DNA of 20,081 nucleotides from an uncultured archaeon (GTDB lineage Archaea; Asgardarchaeota; Lokiarchaeia; Sigyniarchaeales; SOKP01): positions 1 through 20,081 of the forward strand of contig CAZBPC010000062.1 of the NCBI GenBank assembly GCA_964493715.1. The letters run 5' to 3'. Of this stretch, positions 17,015-20,081 are shown piece by piece. Every line of letters starts with the position of its first letter. Positions within the stretch are counted from its first letter, which is position 1. The notes beneath the pieces are model-generated. The model did no database searches. It was not told the DNA's origin and saw only the letters and a program-made list of their open reading frames with translations. Made by a program: the position numbers and the translations under genes.

Positions 17015-18010
17015 TCAGATGCTATAACCTAATTTATATTTCTCTAAATTTTCTTTTTTCTTAAACCATTCAATGGTCAGCTTTAAACCCTCTGTAAGAT
17101 TATATTTTGGCTCCCAATCAAGCGATTTTCGTGCTTTTGTGGTATCGGCTAATAAACGATTCACTTCACTCTTTTCTGGTCTTGCTCTAATGTCTTCAGA
17201 TACGATTTCAATCTCGGAATTCATCAAGTTCTTGATCATATTAGCTAAATCACCAATCGAAATTTCACTGGAATTGCCAATGTTAATTATCTCTCCTTCT
17301 AAATTCTCTTTTTTACACAACTTTATGTATGCATCGCACGTATCTAACACGAAAGTTAAATCTCTCGTGGGATTAAGGTTTCCTAACTTCAACTCTTTTT
17401 GATTTTTTAGAATCTGGGTAATAATCGTTGGTATAATCGCTCTTGTAGATTGTCTCGGTCCATAAGTGTTAAAAGGTCTAATGATTGAAACCGGAAGATT
17501 GAAACTATAAAAAAAGCTAAGAGCAATATTATCTGCTGCAATTTTTGATGCTGAATAGGGTGATTGAGGCTGATATGGATGCTTTTCATCAATAGGGGTG
17601 TAAAGTGCAGTTCCATATGTTTCCGAGGTTGAGGTTATGATTATTTTCTCAGTATTAAAATCTTTTGCTGCTTGAAGTATGTTTGATGTACCTAATACAT
17701 TTGTACTAATATAACTTTCAGGGGCAACGTAAGAATATGGAATCCCTATAAGTGCTGCTAAATGACAGATTATGTCCACATCTTTGATGGCTTCTCTGAC
17801 TGCATATGGATCTCTTATATCTCCTACAAAGATTTCTAATTTCTCAATACTTTCTTCAGGAAGCGAATCTAGCCACCCCCTGCTATTAAACGCATTATAA
17901 TAGACAAATGCTTTAATTTTACAATCTTCTTTTAAAAACCTTTCAACTAAATGACTTCCGATAAATCCGTCTGATCCAGTAATTAAAACTTTTTTACTTT
18001 TCAAGTTCAT
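17015..18010 (-). CDS. legB: NAD-dependent NDP-sugar 4,6-dehydratase, LegB-like
   Basis: VLITGSDGFIGSHLVE, FVYYNAFNSRGWLD, HLAALIGIPYSYVAPESY, TSTSETYGTA, QSPYSASK, RPFNTYGPRQS and RPEKSEVNRL, all characteristic of the LegB group. Confidence 0.8.
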   Translation of the reverse strand: MNLKSKKVLITGSDGFIGSHLVERFLKEDCKIKAFVYYNAFNSRGWLDSLPEESIEKLEIFVGDIRDPYAVREAIKDVDIICHLAALIGIPYSYVAPESYISTNVLGTSNILQAAKDFNTEKIIITSTSETYGTALYTPIDEKHPYQPQSPYSASKIAADNIALSFFYSFNLPVSIIRPFNTYGPRQSTRAIIPTIITQILKNQKELKLGNLNPTRDLTFVLDTCDAYIKLCKKENLEGEIINIGNSSEISIGDLANMIKNLMNSEIEIVSEDIRARPEKSEVNRLLADTTKARKSLDWEPKYNLTEGLKLTIEWFKKKENLEKYKLGYSI

Positions 18011-18044
18011 AGAAATCTGATCCTCGCTAAATCGTTGATCTTAA

Positions 18045-18755
18045 TCATAAACTCATAATTTTTTTCTTATTATTTATATAATCATCATTTGCTTGCTGAA
18101 AATCATCATCTCGCCCTATATCTAACCAATATGAATCATGGGGATATGATTTAATTTTCAATTTTTTTTTAATTCCATCGATCATCAATTGATCAAAACC
18201 ATAAGGTTCATTTTTAGGTAATGCATCTATTACTCGTTTATTTAAAATGTAGACTCCCATGCTCACGTTGAAATGATATTCGGGTTTTTCGACGAATTCA
18301 AAAATTTCTTGATTTTCATTACATTTAAGCACTCCAAATTCAATCTTCGAAGATCTTTTAAAAGTTGCAATCGAAATATCGTTTTTATTTTGCACGTGCC
18401 ATTCAAAGAATTTTTTATAATTTAAATCCGTTAAAATATCGCCATTCATCACTAAAAAATTCTCAGGTAAATCCCCAATTAAGGTCAGCGGACCAATCGT
18501 GTTCAAAGGTTTATCTTCGAAAGAATAATCAATATTTAAGCCCCAATCACTCCCATCTCCAAAAAATGCCTTTATAATTTTTGCCATGTAATTAACTGCA
18601 ATGGTTATATTGTTAAATTCATTCTTTTTCAATTGGGTTAAGATAATTTCCAATATTGGCATTTCTCCACCAATAGGCATTAAAGGTTTTGGTAATGAAT
18701 AGGTAAATGGTCTTAATCTCGTGCCCTTGCCACCTGCTAATATAATCGCTCTCAT
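18045..18755 (-). CDS. Sugar-1-phosphate nucleotidyltransferase (GDP-mannose pyrophosphorylase/PtmE-like catalytic domain only)
   Basis: ILAGGKGTRLRPFTYSLPKPLMPI, EDKPLNTIG, VMNGDILTD, FVEKP and WLDIGR; no CBS or beta-helix domain; GAGG upstream. Confidence 0.88.
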   Translation of the reverse strand: MRAIILAGGKGTRLRPFTYSLPKPLMPIGGEMPILEIILTQLKKNEFNNITIAVNYMAKIIKAFFGDGSDWGLNIDYSFEDKPLNTIGPLTLIGDLPENFLVMNGDILTDLNYKKFFEWHVQNKNDISIATFKRSSKIEFGVLKCNENQEIFEFVEKPEYHFNVSMGVYILNKRVIDALPKNEPYGFDQLMIDGIKKKLKIKSYPHDSYWLDIGRDDDFQQANDDYINNKKKIMSL

Positions 18756-18806
18756 TTTTCCTCAATTTTATAATAAGTTTAATTAACATTCAATAGATGT
18801 TCTCAA

Positions 18807-20081
18807 TTATTTAAATTCATCATCATTGTTAATTTTTCTTTTTACTTTCATTTCATTAATTAGGCTCTCTTTATAAGCCGATACCTTCAAAAGGGTAAAA
18901 AAGAATTTGAAATCTTCCCTAGTTATTTCTTTAAACAAGATTAATAGAATTATGAAAATCCCCGTAAGCAAACCAGAAGTTATAAACACATATAATATGT
19001 CATTTACTATAATAAATCTCAAAAAGAAATTTGATATCAAGTAAGTTAGAAATAAAGCAAGAGCAGCAAATAGTACATGATATAATATCTTTTTCTCGTA
19101 ATTTATTCCAATTCTTTTTACAAAAAGTCTTTGGAAAAACACGTCAATAATATTCCCACTAAGAATTATAAATGCAAGTCCAATACTCCCGAGTCCAAGC
19201 AACTTTATGGAAAATAATTCTTTTGGAACAAAGATAAAAATCAATGCTGTCCAAATCACAGATTTTACTAAAGTATAATTTGATGAGAGTTTTTGCTTTT
19301 TGAAAGGAATTAGTAAAGCAGAATAGGGTCTATTAATACTTGATAGATAAGGAATGAAGATTAAAATATATAAATAAATTATTGCCTGCGAATAATTCGG
19401 TAGAAAGATATTTAGGAGCATTTCACCGTTTAAGAACACTATAATTACGATGATTAAGAAGAAGATTGACGAAACTTTTTCTATCCTATGAACAATCATC
19501 TCAGTATTTCCAAAATTATCTCCTTTTAATTCTCTTGGAATATATGTTAAAAGGATTTGATGAATCTGTCCCGAAATTACTAGCAAAATGGAAATGACAT
19601 AAGCATCCGCAAAATAGTAATATGCTAAAGCTTCAAGACCAAAGAAAACATTAATAAAAACTTGACCTACGTTTGCTAAAATCGCACTTATCACTGTCAT
19701 CATTATGATAGGGCGGGTATCTTTTATAAAATGTTTGAGTTTTTCTTTATTTATATGTTTGAATTGAAATTCGCGTCGTGATATGAGTAAAACAAGAGCT
19801 AACTGGATAATCGAGATCCATATGTAAATTTGACCTAAAATAATTAACGGATTCTCCACATGTTCTAAATTAAAAATGAGGAAAAGCAATAAAATATATT
19901 GAATGACATTTACCACTAGTATTACCAATTCTAGCTTAATATATTTCAACCTACTTTCTAAATTAGTCCTCCAAGGTAATGAGAGGTTTAGAAACATTTC
20001 CGAAATTACTTTTAAAAATAAAAAGGTAAAGACTAATGGTTCTAGATTTAAAAAGAAAATCAGAAAGAATAGGGGAGTGAA
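18807..20081 (-). CDS. Wzx/MOP-family oligosaccharide flippase, 5' end outside the window
   Basis: Polytopic membrane protein with MOP-like motifs (FFGLEALAYYYFA, IFLPNYSQA, LGSIGLA). The frame stays open upstream of ATG 19997 to the window end (FTPLFFLIFFLNLEPLVFTFLFLKVISE). Confidence 0.8.
   Translation of the reverse strand, partial: FTPLFFLIFFLNLEPLVFTFLFLKVISEMFLNLSLPWRTNLESRLKYIKLELVILVVNVIQYILLLFLIFNLEHVENPLIILGQIYIWISIIQLALVLLISRREFQFKHINKEKLKHFIKDTRPIIMMTVISAILANVGQVFINVFFGLEALAYYYFADAYVISILLVISGQIHQILLTYIPRELKGDNFGNTEMIVHRIEKVSSIFFLIIVIIVFLNGEMLLNIFLPNYSQAIIYLYILIFIPYLSSINRPYSALLIPFKKQKLSSNYTLVKSVIWTALIFIFVPKELFSIKLLGLGSIGLAFIILSGNIIDVFFQRLFVKRIGINYEKKILYHVLFAALALFLTYLISNFFLRFIIVNDILYVFITSGLLTGIFIILLILFKEITREDFKFFFTLLKVSAYKESLINEMKVKRKINNDDEFK

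Noticed and set aside
722-18577. Short alternative-frame ORFs in the track (722-1018, 1269-1499, 3533-3724, 4373-4561, 5325-5525, 9366-9656, 10031-10231, 15338-15535, 16027-16314, 16591-16794, 17073-17402, 17407-17616, 18365-18577)
   Set aside because: All lie within or mostly overlap longer, motif-supported genes and show no recognisable protein features.

Overview
Strongly AT-rich window that looks archaeal, most likely Asgard (Lokiarchaeia-like). This is inferred from a roadblock-like gene next to a longin-like/small-GTPase fusion, a UPF0280 gene and GAGG(TGA) ribosome-binding sites. The left end (1-1732, minus strand) is a putative two-gene operon: a roadblock/LC7-like protein, then a multidomain protein missing from the supplied ORF track. 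That protein has a longin-like N-terminus, an Arf-like small GTPase, a MIT/TPR-like helical bundle and a Pro/Thr tandem repeat running off the window, and it appears to start at a non-canonical ATA/ATT codon. After a UPF0280 (ApbE-like) gene, the remaining ~17.5 kb is a surface-glycan biosynthesis locus. It holds a large GT-C-like membrane protein, a UDP-glucuronate 4-epimerase-like SDR, two tandem paralogous polyprenol-phosphate glycosyltransferases, an LCM-family methyltransferase and a QnlB/QnlA-like pair. It also holds three GT4s, one GT2, an Rmd-like reductase, a LegB-like 4,6-dehydratase, a nucleotidyltransferase and a 5'-truncated Wzx-like flippase. No RNA genes, mobile elements or CRISPR arrays were recognised. 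All family assignments come from motif recognition by eye, not from database searches.
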